A DNA stretch of 64,000 nt, taken from Treponemataceae bacterium (lineage in GTDB: Bacteria; Spirochaetota; Spirochaetia; Treponematales; Rectinemataceae). The notes beneath the pieces were generated by a model. It worked only from the letters and a program-made list of their open reading frames with translations, ran no database searches and had not been told where the DNA came from. Position numbers and translations under genes: made by a program. The stretch lies in contig CAXXVZ010000003.1 of assembly GCA_963678065.2 (NCBI GenBank), positions 480,001-544,000 on the forward strand. Direction: 5' to 3'. Shown one piece after another: positions 31,548 through 41,626 of the stretch. Each line of letters begins with the position of its first letter. Positions within the stretch are counted from its first letter, which is position 1.

Positions 31548-33077
31548 TCAGGCTTCTTCCGGTTCCCAGTTTCCATTCCTGTTTTTCAGTCCACAGGTGG
31601 AAGAGAGGAGACGGGAGAGGCCTTCGTTCAGGCTTCGCGAGGTAGATGCCAGGGGCTCGGACAGATGTCCGGAACCGAAACCGCTTGTGAGGAGTGTTTC
31701 GGCGAGCAGCTTTGCCGCGATGAATCTCTCCTTCTTTTCTACGGCGAGTGCGAGAAAATCAGGCAGGATTCCTGTGACCTCCCAGGTGACCTGCTCGGCT
31801 TGCGAGTAGGAGCCGGCATCCTTGTCTTGGTCCGAAAAGCGGGTTGGCAAGTCCCCCGCGATTTCGTCGAGTCGGGGAACCAGCCACTCCAAGTCGAAGA
31901 GTCCCGTCGCGCAGTTGAAAAGAACGGACGTTCCGGCCCTCTCGAATTCCATCACGCGTTCCCAGGAGATGGCTGGGCCGATATCGGCCACTGTCCTTCC
32001 CCCGCCGCGGGTCTCCACGAGAATGCCGCCTTTCACATCGACGGGGGTACGGAGGGCGAACTCGAAGGCCGCCGGCTTTCCGGAGAGGGCCAGAAGCGCC
32101 ACCGCGAGAGGGTCCGGCACATAGCCGATGTTGTCGACATTGCCGATGTAGGCGAAACGGACGCCCGACTCGAGGAGTTTCGCGAAGACCGGCTTCAGGA
32201 TGCGGAAGCACTGGCCATGGCCGCCCGGAAGGGCTATCGCACTGTCAGCCTTGCCGTAAGCCCGATCAAAGATTCGCTTCGGCCGGCCACCGGAGGAGTG
32301 CGAGTAGGCGGCTATCATAGGCTGCACCGCAGTCAGCCAATCCACGGCTTCAATCCCTGACTGCCGCGCGAGCGCCGCAAGTCCTGCATCCCCACGGTAG
32401 ATCTCGAATGCTTCCCGCATCTCTCCGTCGTTGGCGATGCTCGTCATCTGGTAGAGGGGCATGAAGATCCGGTCCCCTTTCCACGCTGGACCGAAACGCT
32501 CCTGGAACGCCAGAGCGGAGAGAAGCCGAGCCCTCATTTTCAGCATGAGGAAGCTCATCCCGGGACTCCCGTCGCCGTTCAGGTATGCCGGAGTGAGCCC
32601 CTTGGAACGCCCTCTGCACAGGGGCGCAAGAGCATCGAAACCGGGTCGGAAGGCTTCAAAGACCTCCCCGCCGAAGGCCATGTTTTTCTTGGAATCCGCG
32701 TAACTCGTCGCAGACCCTCCGTTGAGGATGCCGTAAGCGGTGGCAGGCATGAGTCGCATGCCGATCTCCTCGAGCGCCTGGCCTCCGAAGACAAGCTCGG
32801 CGCCATGCGGTTCGGCCGAGTCAGGCATCCGGATTCCGAGCCGGCCCAGCCTGTCCTTTGCGGCCGCGGCGCCTGTCCTGTATACGAGGGATCGTCGAGC
32901 CTCCTGGCCGGTGGCTATGACGTTGACGCCATCCACCCCGGGTAAGCTTTGTGCGCTGACTGGCCGGATTCCGTCAAATTTGCCCGCGTTGAAATCCTCC
33001 AGGATGGAAAGCGCGAGGTCGATGTCTATGCCCTTGGATCTCATGTCCGCCGCGAGGGTCGGGTTCGGTGCGTCCAT
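31548..33077 (-). CDS. UDPGP-family (eukaryote-type) nucleotidyltransferase, probable UTP--glucose-1-phosphate uridylyltransferase
   Basis: LNGGSATSY, PGGHG, GNVDN, DVKGG, FNCA, RFIAAK; SD AAGGAG before ATG 33077. Confidence 0.78.
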   Translation of the reverse strand: MDAPNPTLAADMRSKGIDIDLALSILEDFNAGKFDGIRPVSAQSLPGVDGVNVIATGQEARRSLVYRTGAAAAKDRLGRLGIRMPDSAEPHGAELVFGGQALEEIGMRLMPATAYGILNGGSATSYADSKKNMAFGGEVFEAFRPGFDALAPLCRGRSKGLTPAYLNGDGSPGMSFLMLKMRARLLSALAFQERFGPAWKGDRIFMPLYQMTSIANDGEMREAFEIYRGDAGLAALARQSGIEAVDWLTAVQPMIAAYSHSSGGRPKRIFDRAYGKADSAIALPGGHGQCFRILKPVFAKLLESGVRFAYIGNVDNIGYVPDPLAVALLALSGKPAAFEFALRTPVDVKGGILVETRGGGRTVADIGPAISWERVMEFERAGTSVLFNCATGLFDLEWLVPRLDEIAGDLPTRFSDQDKDAGSYSQAEQVTWEVTGILPDFLALAVEKKERFIAAKLLAETLLTSGFGSGHLSEPLASTSRSLNEGLSRLLSSTCGLKNRNGNWEPEEA

Positions 33078-33088
33078 CTCGTGTCTCC

Positions 33089-34138
33089 TTATGAGAGGGA
33101 AACGGCCGCATTCGCGGCGCCATACAGCGATATGGAATAGTCCTTGACGATCATGACCGGCGTGCCGGCGAGTATATTCCGTATGTGTTTTGCATAACTT
33201 TTTTCGAACATGGACATGAATCTGTTCTCTCCGAGGAACCACGATTCATTCTTGGAGGCGATTCCCCCGGCCAGGTAGATGCCTCCGGCGGGCAAAAAGG
33301 TCGCGGCCATGTCCGCAGCTTTCCGGGCGTAGAGCTTCACGAAAGCATCCATGGCATCACGGCATGCCGGGTTTCTGTCGGCGGAAGTCGCCACGAGGGC
33401 TGGTCTCTCGGCAAAGGGCGCTTCAAGGATTTTTTTCGCGATGGGATCGAGGTTTCCTCTCGAGAGCGCAAAGAACTCGAAGAGGTTCGCTATGCCCTGT
33501 CCTGAGATCCCCGCTTCCGCGCCGGGTGTGAATCCATAGCGCCCTTCGAGCCAGGCCTGGAATTGCCGACTGACCTCGTCGTAGACGGGGAGGGTTGTGT
33601 GCCCTCCCTCCGAGGCCATGACGATGTCCTCGTTGTTGGCATGCACGACATAGGCGACGCCCAGCCCTGTCCCCGCGCCGAGGATGGCGCGCACGCCCCT
33701 TCCTGGAAGCGGCAGACTTCCGTCCGTATGAGGCAGACGCGTGATCTGCTTGGGGTTTTCGTGGTCCAGCAGGAGGATGCCGTACGATACGGCTGTAAAA
33801 TCGTTGATCACGGAAACAGGGATGCCGAGCGCCTCCTCGAGCCGGACGCCGTCTATACTCCAGGGAGCGTTCGTGAGACCGATCGTGCGGCCGACGACGG
33901 CTCCTGCGCCGGAGATGCAGCAGCGTTCCGGCTTTAGCGCGGGATTTCTGGCCGCCACCTCGGCGAGGAATCGTTCCACCGGTTCAAGCAGGGATTTTTC
34001 ATCTTTTGTCTTGTAGTGCCGGTCGAAGATGACAGTGAAACTGCCGCCCTTCTTGCCAATCAGCGCGAGATTCGTATTCGTGCCCCCGACATCTCCGGCG
34101 AGCACGATCGTGTCATACGCAGTTCGTGATGATTTCAT
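33089..34138 (-). CDS. glk: Glucokinase (Glk family)
   Basis: LAGDVGGTN, LTNAPW, INDF, GAGTGLG, SEGGH, YLAGGI. Confidence 0.95.
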   Translation of the reverse strand: MKSSRTAYDTIVLAGDVGGTNTNLALIGKKGGSFTVIFDRHYKTKDEKSLLEPVERFLAEVAARNPALKPERCCISGAGAVVGRTIGLTNAPWSIDGVRLEEALGIPVSVINDFTAVSYGILLLDHENPKQITRLPHTDGSLPLPGRGVRAILGAGTGLGVAYVVHANNEDIVMASEGGHTTLPVYDEVSRQFQAWLEGRYGFTPGAEAGISGQGIANLFEFFALSRGNLDPIAKKILEAPFAERPALVATSADRNPACRDAMDAFVKLYARKAADMAATFLPAGGIYLAGGIASKNESWFLGENRFMSMFEKSYAKHIRNILAGTPVMIVKDYSISLYGAANAAVSLS

Positions 34139-34285
34139 TGGCCGATAGTATACACCCGCTACATGGCTTGAGAAGGTCCCGGCAACAGGGAGAGCCTGTT
34201 TTTGTAGGGGGGCGTCTCCCGCATCCGGCGGGCACTCCCGGCGGATGCCGTATTCTGTTGCGCCCCTGTGGCGTAAAAAGGCGAT

Positions 34286-35320
34286 TCAAAAAACGAGGTC
34301 GCGAATTTCCGTGTTCCGAAGAAAGCGCCCCGAAGCCGCATCGAAGATTTCGAGGTGGAGATGCTGTCCATGCCCGGGCTTCCGGGCATTCGAGCCGGTA
34401 TCGCCACCCCGCCCGATGACTGTGCCGGCTTCAACTGGCATCCCCGGATTGATCCTGACGTCATGGAGATGAAAATAGCAGAAGAACAACCCGCTCGCGG
34501 GGTCGAAGATGATTGCGCCGTTCCCCGCGTTTGGAGAGATTCCTCCCCGCCTGTACGTCTCGATTCCGGGTCCTCCTTTCCAGTCGGAGGCCGTGGCGAC
34601 TACGATGCCCCCTGAGGCTGAGAGTATTCCGGGACCTATCTCCAGCAGGGTGCCCGGAGCTTCTTGCACCTCAGAGTAGAATATATCGAGGGCGTAGCTG
34701 TGAGACAGATCCATGTCACGCCGCCGGGGAGGAGTCGCCTCTCCCTTCTTCGCTATGGGATGCACACTGCCGTTGGAGGCTTTCACAAGTCCCTTCTCAA
34801 CCATAGAAGCGTAGACTTCCGAAAAAAAGGCCACCTGGGACGCGCGCAGAGGGCGCATTGCCGGCACGAGCGCGACGACAGCGCTGTAATGCTCGCCGGC
34901 CTGCCCGCCAACCTCGGATGATTCTTCGAAATCATCGACATCCCGATCCCGGGCGAGCATCGCCACAGTCTGGGCTGGAGTGGGGAGGTAATCGGCAACA
35001 AGCTGCCAGACCGGGACTCCTTCCCTGAAGGCCAGTTTTGCGACGGCGTGTCCGATGGCTTTCGCGGTCTCCGGCTTTTCGGGAAACCACTGAGCCTCAG
35101 AGCGCTTCTCAGTATCCTGCGAGGCCCCTTCGGACTCGCGGAATGAGAACTCTCCGGTCGGGGTGAAGGCGGACCAGAGAAACAGGATGAAAGCGAAAGG
35201 CACAAGGGCGCGCAAGGGCAGGGATCTGCCCCTGAAGAGCTCCATGCGACCGCGGTTTCGTTTTACGGACGCTTCTTTGCGGATCTCGGGAGTTGTCTTC
35301 GGATTGAAAGGGGAAATCAT
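34286..35320 (-). CDS. M23 family metallopeptidase
   Basis: N-terminal hydrophobic segment; HSYALD, YFHL, G.VIGRGGDTG, HLHLEI; start uncertain. Confidence 0.75.
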   Translation of the reverse strand: MISPFNPKTTPEIRKEASVKRNRGRMELFRGRSLPLRALVPFAFILFLWSAFTPTGEFSFRESEGASQDTEKRSEAQWFPEKPETAKAIGHAVAKLAFREGVPVWQLVADYLPTPAQTVAMLARDRDVDDFEESSEVGGQAGEHYSAVVALVPAMRPLRASQVAFFSEVYASMVEKGLVKASNGSVHPIAKKGEATPPRRRDMDLSHSYALDIFYSEVQEAPGTLLEIGPGILSASGGIVVATASDWKGGPGIETYRRGGISPNAGNGAIIFDPASGLFFCYFHLHDVRINPGMPVEAGTVIGRGGDTGSNARKPGHGQHLHLEIFDAASGRFLRNTEIRDLVF

Positions 35321-36033
35321 TCCGATAGTCGCCTTGCGCAGCGGCAGAACAGTCCCATACAGCTCCGGGCGTCGTCGAGCGCCCTGTGTGCGCTCCCCAT
35401 GTCAATGCCGAAATGGCGGGCCAGAGCCCCGAGACTGTAGGAGGGCAGCCCGGGGAAAGCCTTCCTCGCAAGCGTGACCGTGTCGAGCGAGGGAAAGACC
35501 GGAAGCGCTGATCCCGCCCGTCCGAACTCCGCCTTCAGGAAGCCGACGTCGAAGGGCGCGTTGTGCGCCACGATGACACGTTCCGCCAATAAAGCCTCCA
35601 CCTTCGCGACAAGGTCGCGAAAAGACGGGGCAAAGGATACGTCGAGGTCGTGGATACCATGAATCGCTGTCGCCTGAGGGGGTATCGGCATGCCCGGGTG
35701 GACGAGAAGGGAGAGCGCTTCGGACTCCCTGACCGCGCCTTCCGCATCGAACCCGAACTGGATGAGGCCTATCTCCACGACTCTGTCGGTGCGCGCATCG
35801 AGACCTGTCGTCTCGAAGTCGAGGGCGATGAAGTTCCGTTTCTCCCAATCCGGAGGAAGAGCGATCACGCCGGCCTCGATGCCCTCAAACCTCCGGTATT
35901 CAGAAGACCGTGGGGGGCGCTGTCCGGACGACTCGCTCAGGGCCGGAGCAGCGGTATCTGCCTCGGCCCGCATCCTCTCGAGCGCGGCCTTCCATGCCGG
36001 AACTCCCGGATCGTGCCGATACTGTCCGCTCAC
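35317..36033 (-). CDS. DEDDh 3'-5' exonuclease (DnaQ-like, stand-alone)
   Basis: ALDFETTG, IHGI, AHNAPFD, HRALDDA; GTG overlaps pgm stop. Confidence 0.88.
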   Translation of the reverse strand: MSGQYRHDPGVPAWKAALERMRAEADTAAPALSESSGQRPPRSSEYRRFEGIEAGVIALPPDWEKRNFIALDFETTGLDARTDRVVEIGLIQFGFDAEGAVRESEALSLLVHPGMPIPPQATAIHGIHDLDVSFAPSFRDLVAKVEALLAERVIVAHNAPFDVGFLKAEFGRAGSALPVFPSLDTVTLARKAFPGLPSYSLGALARHFGIDMGSAHRALDDARSCMGLFCRCARRLSE

Positions 36034-37793
36034 GGCTCCAGCGCTTTCTTGATGTCCGCGAGAATGGCCGACACTTTTGCGCCAGATTCGCGGCGGGCTG
36101 CCTCGAGGCCCTTTGTCCCGGTTTCTGTCCTGGACAGGATGTAATACTTGATCTTCGGTTCGGTGCCCGAAGGTCTCACGACTACGACGGTGCCGTCCGC
36201 GAGCTTCCACTTGATGACGTCGCTCGAGGGAAGATCGATTTTTTGTGTCTCGCCGGAGGTGCCAGGCGTTCCCGAGCTGCTCCAGGAGAGACCACTCTTG
36301 ATGTCGCTGACTCCAACTACTGGAATGCCACCGAAGGCAGAAGGCACATCCCTCCGGTACGCATTCATGATGCCTTTCATGATATCCATGCCGGAGGGGC
36401 CTTCGAAATATTTATTGAGCCCCTTCTCTTCGTAATATCCGTATTCGAGGTAGATTTCGCCGAGCCGGTCTAGAAGACTCTTCCTCCGGGATCGCCAGTA
36501 TAGCGTCATTTCGGCGGTGATCGCGGCTGCCGAGATGCCGTCCTTGTCCCGCACTTCGTTCTCGATGAGGTGGCCGTAGCTCTCCTCGGTGCCGTAGACA
36601 AAGCTGTGTCCGTCGGACTCGAAATTCCTCATGAGCGCGGCGATCCACTTGAACCCGGTGAGGCATTCGAAGCTCTCGACGCCATTTCGTTCGGCTATCG
36701 CTTTCTGGAGCTCGGTCGTCACGATACTCCGGATGACGGCCGGTTTCGGCGGCATCCGGCCGAATTCTTTCAGGGTCAGAAGGATGTAGTCGAGATGGAG
36801 GCAGCCGAGCTGGTTTCCGGTGATGAGGGTGAACCCGCCTTTCCCGTCCGGAACCGCGATACCGAGCCTGTCGGCATCCGGATCGGTGGCCATGACGACG
36901 TCTGCTTTCTCCTTCTTGCCGAGTTCGAGGGCGAGGGCGAGGGCCGCGGATTCCTCGGGGTTGGGGTAGGCCACAGTCGGGAAATTGCCGTCGGGTCGCC
37001 TCTGTTCGGGCACCGTGATGACGCCGAGTCCGAGTTCACCCATGATCCTCTCGAAGAGCATCGCGCCCGTGCCGTGGAGCGGCGTGTAGACGATCTTGAC
37101 CTCGCGGGCCATAGAAGCGACGAGCGAGGTCCTGAGCAGCTTGGATTTGACGAGCGCGACATAGGCGTCGTCGATCTCGCTGTCGATGAAGACGAGGAGT
37201 CCGGCAGCGATCGCATCCTTCTCCGGCATCGTCTTCGCCTCCGTGACGGCGTTGACCGTGTCGATGATGCCCTCGTCGTGGGGGCTTACGACTTGGGCTC
37301 CATCGTTCCAGTAAGCCTTGTAGCCGTTGTAGGCCGGCGGGTTGTGGCTCGCCGTGACAACGAGCCCTGTATCCGCCTTGAGAGTCCGGATGGCGAAGGA
37401 CAGCTCGGGCGTAGGCCGGAGCGAGCTGAACAGGTATGCCTTTATTCCGTTCGCGGCGAAGACGAGAGCGGCTGCCTTCGCGAACGTGTCGGAATAGCGG
37501 CGCGAATCGTAGGCGATGCAGGCCGAGAGCCGTTTACCCGGGCAGGTCGCGATAAGGTAGTCGCAGAGTCCTTGGGTGGCGTTGTTGACGACAAGACTGT
37601 TCATTCTGTTGTAGCCACCGCCGATGAGACCACGCAGACCGCCCGTGCCAAACTCGAGGTTGCGATAGAAGCGGTCTTCCAGCTCCTTCCAGTCGGCCTT
37701 TTCCAGCAAAGACTCGACCTCGGAACGAAATACAGCGTTCTCTTCGCGGGCGATATAGTCGCGGGCACGTGATTCGATGACGGTTCTATCCAT
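36030..37793 (-). CDS. pgm: Phosphoglucomutase/phosphomannomutase
   Basis: FGTGGLRG, TASHNP, DPDADR, EESYG, RPSGTEPKIK. Confidence 0.93.
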   Translation of the reverse strand: MDRTVIESRARDYIAREENAVFRSEVESLLEKADWKELEDRFYRNLEFGTGGLRGLIGGGYNRMNSLVVNNATQGLCDYLIATCPGKRLSACIAYDSRRYSDTFAKAAALVFAANGIKAYLFSSLRPTPELSFAIRTLKADTGLVVTASHNPPAYNGYKAYWNDGAQVVSPHDEGIIDTVNAVTEAKTMPEKDAIAAGLLVFIDSEIDDAYVALVKSKLLRTSLVASMAREVKIVYTPLHGTGAMLFERIMGELGLGVITVPEQRRPDGNFPTVAYPNPEESAALALALELGKKEKADVVMATDPDADRLGIAVPDGKGGFTLITGNQLGCLHLDYILLTLKEFGRMPPKPAVIRSIVTTELQKAIAERNGVESFECLTGFKWIAALMRNFESDGHSFVYGTEESYGHLIENEVRDKDGISAAAITAEMTLYWRSRRKSLLDRLGEIYLEYGYYEEKGLNKYFEGPSGMDIMKGIMNAYRRDVPSAFGGIPVVGVSDIKSGLSWSSSGTPGTSGETQKIDLPSSDVIKWKLADGTVVVVRPSGTEPKIKYYILSRTETGTKGLEAARRESGAKVSAILADIKKALEP

Positions 37794-37887
37794 GAATGGA
37801 CTCCTTCGGCAGTTCTGTTCGGCTGGCATCCACCCGATTCCAGGAAGGCATTGTACCCCGGAGAACGAAAAACGTGTAGAGGAGAAG

Positions 37888-38559
37888 CTACAAAACCGCG
37901 ATCAGGTCGAGCGGGTGGGAGAGGATGATGTCTGCTCCCGCTTCCTCCAGTTCCCTCTTTCCCCGGAATCCCCAGGCCGCGCCCGCGGACTTCATGCCAG
38001 CGTTCCGGGCCGTGAAAATATCCACATCGGAATCCCCTATATATGCGATGTCGCCAGCCGGGATGCCCATTTTCTTTGCGAGGTCTATCGCGGAAGCTGG
38101 ATCTGGCTTCGGAGGGAAGGCCGCAGATTCTCCCCGCACGGCAAAGAATTTGCGCGCGGGAAAGACGCCGGAGACTACGGCCCTGGCGAGGGCATCGGGT
38201 TTGTTGGAGAGGACCGCGTATGGTATCTTCCGTGAGTCGAGCGTGTCGAGAAGTTCCGGAATGCCGGAATAGGCTCTGGTTCTGTCCAGCGCATGGAGGG
38301 CGTAGAATCCCGAAGCCTCCTGGCGGAGCGCCTCGACAAGAGCTTCGTTGCCAGGAGATGCCGGAGGACCTGCCAAAGTTCCTTCTGGCAGAACCCGACG
38401 GATGAGAGCCCGCATTCCGTTCCCGACCATGACCTTGTATGCGTCCTTTTCATGTACGGGGAATCCGTGTCGCGCAAGAATCGTGTTGACTGAAAAGGAA
38501 AGATCGTCCAGGGTGTCGGTCAGGGTTCCGTCGAGATCGAAGATGACTGCTCTCGTCAC
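37888..38559 (-). CDS. HAD family hydrolase (phosphoglycolate phosphatase-like)
   Basis: FDLDGTL, VLSNK, KPDP, YIGDSDVD, WGFR; GTG with SD AAGGAG. Confidence 0.88.
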   Translation of the reverse strand: MTRAVIFDLDGTLTDTLDDLSFSVNTILARHGFPVHEKDAYKVMVGNGMRALIRRVLPEGTLAGPPASPGNEALVEALRQEASGFYALHALDRTRAYSGIPELLDTLDSRKIPYAVLSNKPDALARAVVSGVFPARKFFAVRGESAAFPPKPDPASAIDLAKKMGIPAGDIAYIGDSDVDIFTARNAGMKSAGAAWGFRGKRELEEAGADIILSHPLDLIAVL

Positions 38560-38681
38560 GGGTTCTCCTTTTCTCTCCCGGCAGGTATGACTCGGGAGTG
38601 GCAGTGTAGTACCGGGTCTTGAAAAGTCCGGTTTCTGTAAATTCATGCAGTATATTCCTGTATGGTGGGAGCGTCAACGCT

Positions 38682-39587
38682 GTGAAATCGAAAGAAACCA
38701 TTCGCGGCGCGGAAGGTTTTATGCATTATTATGCAGAAATATACCGCGATCGCTGGGCAAGCCTCATATCGGCACTGCAGGCCGAAGGGAAGGGGATCGG
38801 CCTTCGCTGCCTTCCGGCTGGCGGCTACATCCTCGAAGATTCGTCGCATGCCGGACCGTCGCGGGATGCTGTGGCTCAGCGCACAACGGTCCATTCCGGG
38901 GAGGCAGGAAAGATCGAAGAGAAGCGCGACGAGCTTCCTGTCTACCGCCTCGACAAGGTTTCCGTCATCGCGGCCGAAGCCCTGATCCTGCCCCAAAGAG
39001 GACGCGTACTGGACGCCTGCGCAGCCCCCGGCGGCAAGACACTCGTCCTCGCCGCGCGCATGTCCTCCGAAACCAGACTGGTCGCCAACGAACTCTCCGC
39101 GGAACGGCGACGCCGTCTTAAGACGGTCGTTGCGGACTATCTTCCTCCGCCGCTCCGGAGCCGGATCGAGGTGACAGGCTACGACGCATCCTCTGTGTGC
39201 AGAAAACTGCCAGCGGCCTTCGACGCAATCCTCCTCGACGCTCCATGCTCCTCGGAGCGGCACCTGCTGGGCGACCCCGAGGCCCTAGGGCGCTGGAGTC
39301 CGGCGCGCACCCGGAATCTGGCCTGCCGTCAGTGGGCCCTGCTCTCGTCGGCCTTCATCATGCTCGCGCCCGGCGGATGTCTCGTCTACTCGACCTGCTC
39401 GATATCGCCCGAAGAAAACGACGACGTGGCGGGGCGACTTATAAAAAAATATGGCGACGCGTTCACATATGTCCCGCTCGACGAGTCAGGAGGCGAAAAA
39501 ACCCTGTATGGCAGCATCTTTCTCCCTGACACATGCGGCGGCGGGGGGCCTATGTACATTGCAAGGATCGTGAAGAGACAGGTCTAG
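38682..39587 (+). CDS. RsmB/NOP family RNA m5C methyltransferase
   Basis: LDACAAPGGKT, LLDAPCS, VYSTCS...EEN. Confidence 0.9.
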   Translation: MKSKETIRGAEGFMHYYAEIYRDRWASLISALQAEGKGIGLRCLPAGGYILEDSSHAGPSRDAVAQRTTVHSGEAGKIEEKRDELPVYRLDKVSVIAAEALILPQRGRVLDACAAPGGKTLVLAARMSSETRLVANELSAERRRRLKTVVADYLPPPLRSRIEVTGYDASSVCRKLPAAFDAILLDAPCSSERHLLGDPEALGRWSPARTRNLACRQWALLSSAFIMLAPGGCLVYSTCSISPEENDDVAGRLIKKYGDAFTYVPLDESGGEKTLYGSIFLPDTCGGGGPMYIARIVKRQV

Positions 39588-39632
39588 AGAGGATCGGAGC
39601 AAGACGGAAAACGCCGCAAATGGAACCCGCGC

Positions 39633-39986
39633 TCAGTCCGTTTTCGCGTCATCCTTCAGGTCATCGTCGTGCCCGCCGGCATTCCGGAACAGTTCCTCTT
39701 TTTTTTCGATCTCGAACTCGAGATCCCTGATCCTCGTGACGAGGGGAGCGATCTCGGCCATATCCCGCGATACGGATTCCATGCCCCGATCGATGAAGTT
39801 CTCGTAAACCTCCGCCCCGAGCCGGCTCGTGAGCGTGCGCGCCTGTGAGCGCAGCTGGAGTATCTCGATTTTCAGCATACCCTGCTCGCCCCACGTCTGT
39901 GCCTGCGTTTCGGCCTTGTTCAACAGATCTCGGGATGCCTCGACACCCTTGCCGAATACATCTTTCATCTTCTGTGCTAAAGTCAT
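39633..39986 (-). CDS. Hypothetical helical protein (117 aa)
   Basis: SD GGAGG; charged coiled-coil-like sequence fills the gap between neighbours. Confidence 0.75.
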   Translation of the reverse strand: MTLAQKMKDVFGKGVEASRDLLNKAETQAQTWGEQGMLKIEILQLRSQARTLTSRLGAEVYENFIDRGMESVSRDMAEIAPLVTRIRDLEFEIEKKEELFRNAGGHDDDLKDDAKTD

Positions 39987-40091
39987 CCTGTGCCTCCACA
40001 GGCAATTTATCGCGCCCGAGGCGGGACTTCAAGGACGGAAACAAGTATACTTATTTTCGCGGACAATGAACCCTGCCCGAAAGGAGCTGTT

Positions 40092-40997
40092 ATGAACCTC
40101 TTTGCCGTCTTGTGGTGGATTGCCGTGGCCTGGTGGATTTTCTGGGCTGTCGTCGCGCTTGTCAGAAAACAGCTTTCCATTATGACTATGCTTCTCGCGG
40201 TGGGAGCCCTCTGGTCAGCCATCTCATTTTTTATCGCAGCGGAAGAGCCGGCCATACTGCTTCCTCTGCTCGCAGTCCCTCTGCTCGCAGTCGTGTCAAT
40301 GGTCAAGATCATCAGCGAATATCAGCGGGGAGTACTCTACCGGCTCGGACGAATGAAGGCTGTCATGGAACCAGGGCTCAACCTCATCTTTCCCTTTGGA
40401 ATCGATATCATGCGCAAGGTGGACATGAGGACTTTCACCATCGACGTGCCCAAGCAGGAAGTCATCACGAAAGACAACGTTCCTGTACTCGTCGACGCGG
40501 TCGTCTATTTCAACGTGTTCGAGCCCACACTCGCGATCAACAAGGTGGCCGACTACACCAAGAGCACCAGCCTCCTCAGTCAGACCATTCTGCGCTCGGT
40601 TCTCGGACAGCACGACTTGGATGAAATGTTGTCCAAACGTACCGATCTCGGCATTGTGCTCAAGCAGCTTCTCGACGAAGCCACCGATCCCTGGGGCGTC
40701 AAGGTAACCGCGGTAGAAATCAAGACTGTCGAGCTCGCGGAGACGATGAAGCGCGCAATGGCAAAGCAGGCGGAGGCAGAGCGCGAACGGAGGGCCAAGA
40801 TCATCGCGGCCGAGGGCGAGCTCCAGTCCAGCGAAAAGCTCACCCAGGCCGCCAGCGTCATGGCGACCTCGCCTTCCGCCCTTCAGCTTCGCTATCTCCA
40901 AACTCTGACCGAGATCGCAGTCGAGAAGAATTCGACGATACTCTTCCCCCTACCCATGGAACTATTGCGCTATTTTGATATAAAGAAACCCGAATGA
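40092..40997 (+). CDS. SPFH/stomatin (slipin) family membrane protein
   Basis: EYQRGV..RLG, Q.VITKDNV, LRSVLG, WGVKV..VE, AEAERERRAK, ALQLRYLQTL; SD AAGGAG. Confidence 0.92.
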   Translation: MNLFAVLWWIAVAWWIFWAVVALVRKQLSIMTMLLAVGALWSAISFFIAAEEPAILLPLLAVPLLAVVSMVKIISEYQRGVLYRLGRMKAVMEPGLNLIFPFGIDIMRKVDMRTFTIDVPKQEVITKDNVPVLVDAVVYFNVFEPTLAINKVADYTKSTSLLSQTILRSVLGQHDLDEMLSKRTDLGIVLKQLLDEATDPWGVKVTAVEIKTVELAETMKRAMAKQAEAERERRAKIIAAEGELQSSEKLTQAASVMATSPSALQLRYLQTLTEIAVEKNSTILFPLPMELLRYFDIKKPE

Positions 40998-41015
40998 TTC
41001 AGAACGAGGTGAAAC

Positions 41016-41549
41016 GTGCGCTGTCCCCACTGCGGTAGTCTGGACGACAAGGTGATCGATTCCAGAACCCTGGCCAACGGTGAAAGCATTCGCCGGCGCA
41101 GGGAATGCTCATCCTGCGGCCTCAGGTTCACGAGCTACGAGCGGATCGAGGAACGCCCCCTCATGGTCATCAAGAGTGACGGTCGCCGCGAACCCTTCGA
41201 GCGCGCCAAGCTCGAGCGTGGAGTCATACGCGCCCTTGAGAAGCGCCCTGTGTCCCAGCTCTCCATCGAGAACCTCGTCAATGAAATCGAGGATGAGGCC
41301 GCGCACAACGGCAAGACGGGGAATGAAATCCCCAGCTCCGAGCTGGGCGCGATGGTGCTCCGGAGGCTCTTCAGCCTCGACAAGGTGGCATATGTCCGCT
41401 TCGCCTCTGTCTACCGCAAGTTTGAGACTCTGTCGGAATTCGCGCGTGAGATCGAGAGCCTGGAAGGAAGCATGAAACCTGCGCATCTGAAAGAAGTTGT
41501 GAAAGCGGACATGAACCACGATCTGGATCCTGGCCATCATCCCCTCTGA
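41016..41549 (+). CDS. nrdR: Transcriptional repressor NrdR
   Basis: CPHC..VIDSR..IRRRRECSSC, RFTSYE, ATP cone, AYVRFASVY. Confidence 0.97.
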   Translation: MRCPHCGSLDDKVIDSRTLANGESIRRRRECSSCGLRFTSYERIEERPLMVIKSDGRREPFERAKLERGVIRALEKRPVSQLSIENLVNEIEDEAAHNGKTGNEIPSSELGAMVLRRLFSLDKVAYVRFASVYRKFETLSEFAREIESLEGSMKPAHLKEVVKADMNHDLDPGHHPL

Positions 41550-41571
41550 TTCGGAACCGGTCTGCGACAAC

Positions 41572-41607
41572 AAAAAAAGGCGACACCATCGAGGTGTCGC
41601 CTTTTTT
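41572..41607. terminator. Bidirectional Rho-independent terminator between nrdR and EF-G paralog
   Basis: A7-GGCGACACC-atcga-GGTGTCGCC-T6. Confidence 0.9.
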
Positions 41608-41626
41608 ACACATGAAAAAGCGAATC

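Noticed and set aside
34184..34267. Nested hairpins between the M23 gene and glk
   Set aside because: Consistent with an ordinary 3' UTR structure; no ncRNA consensus recognised
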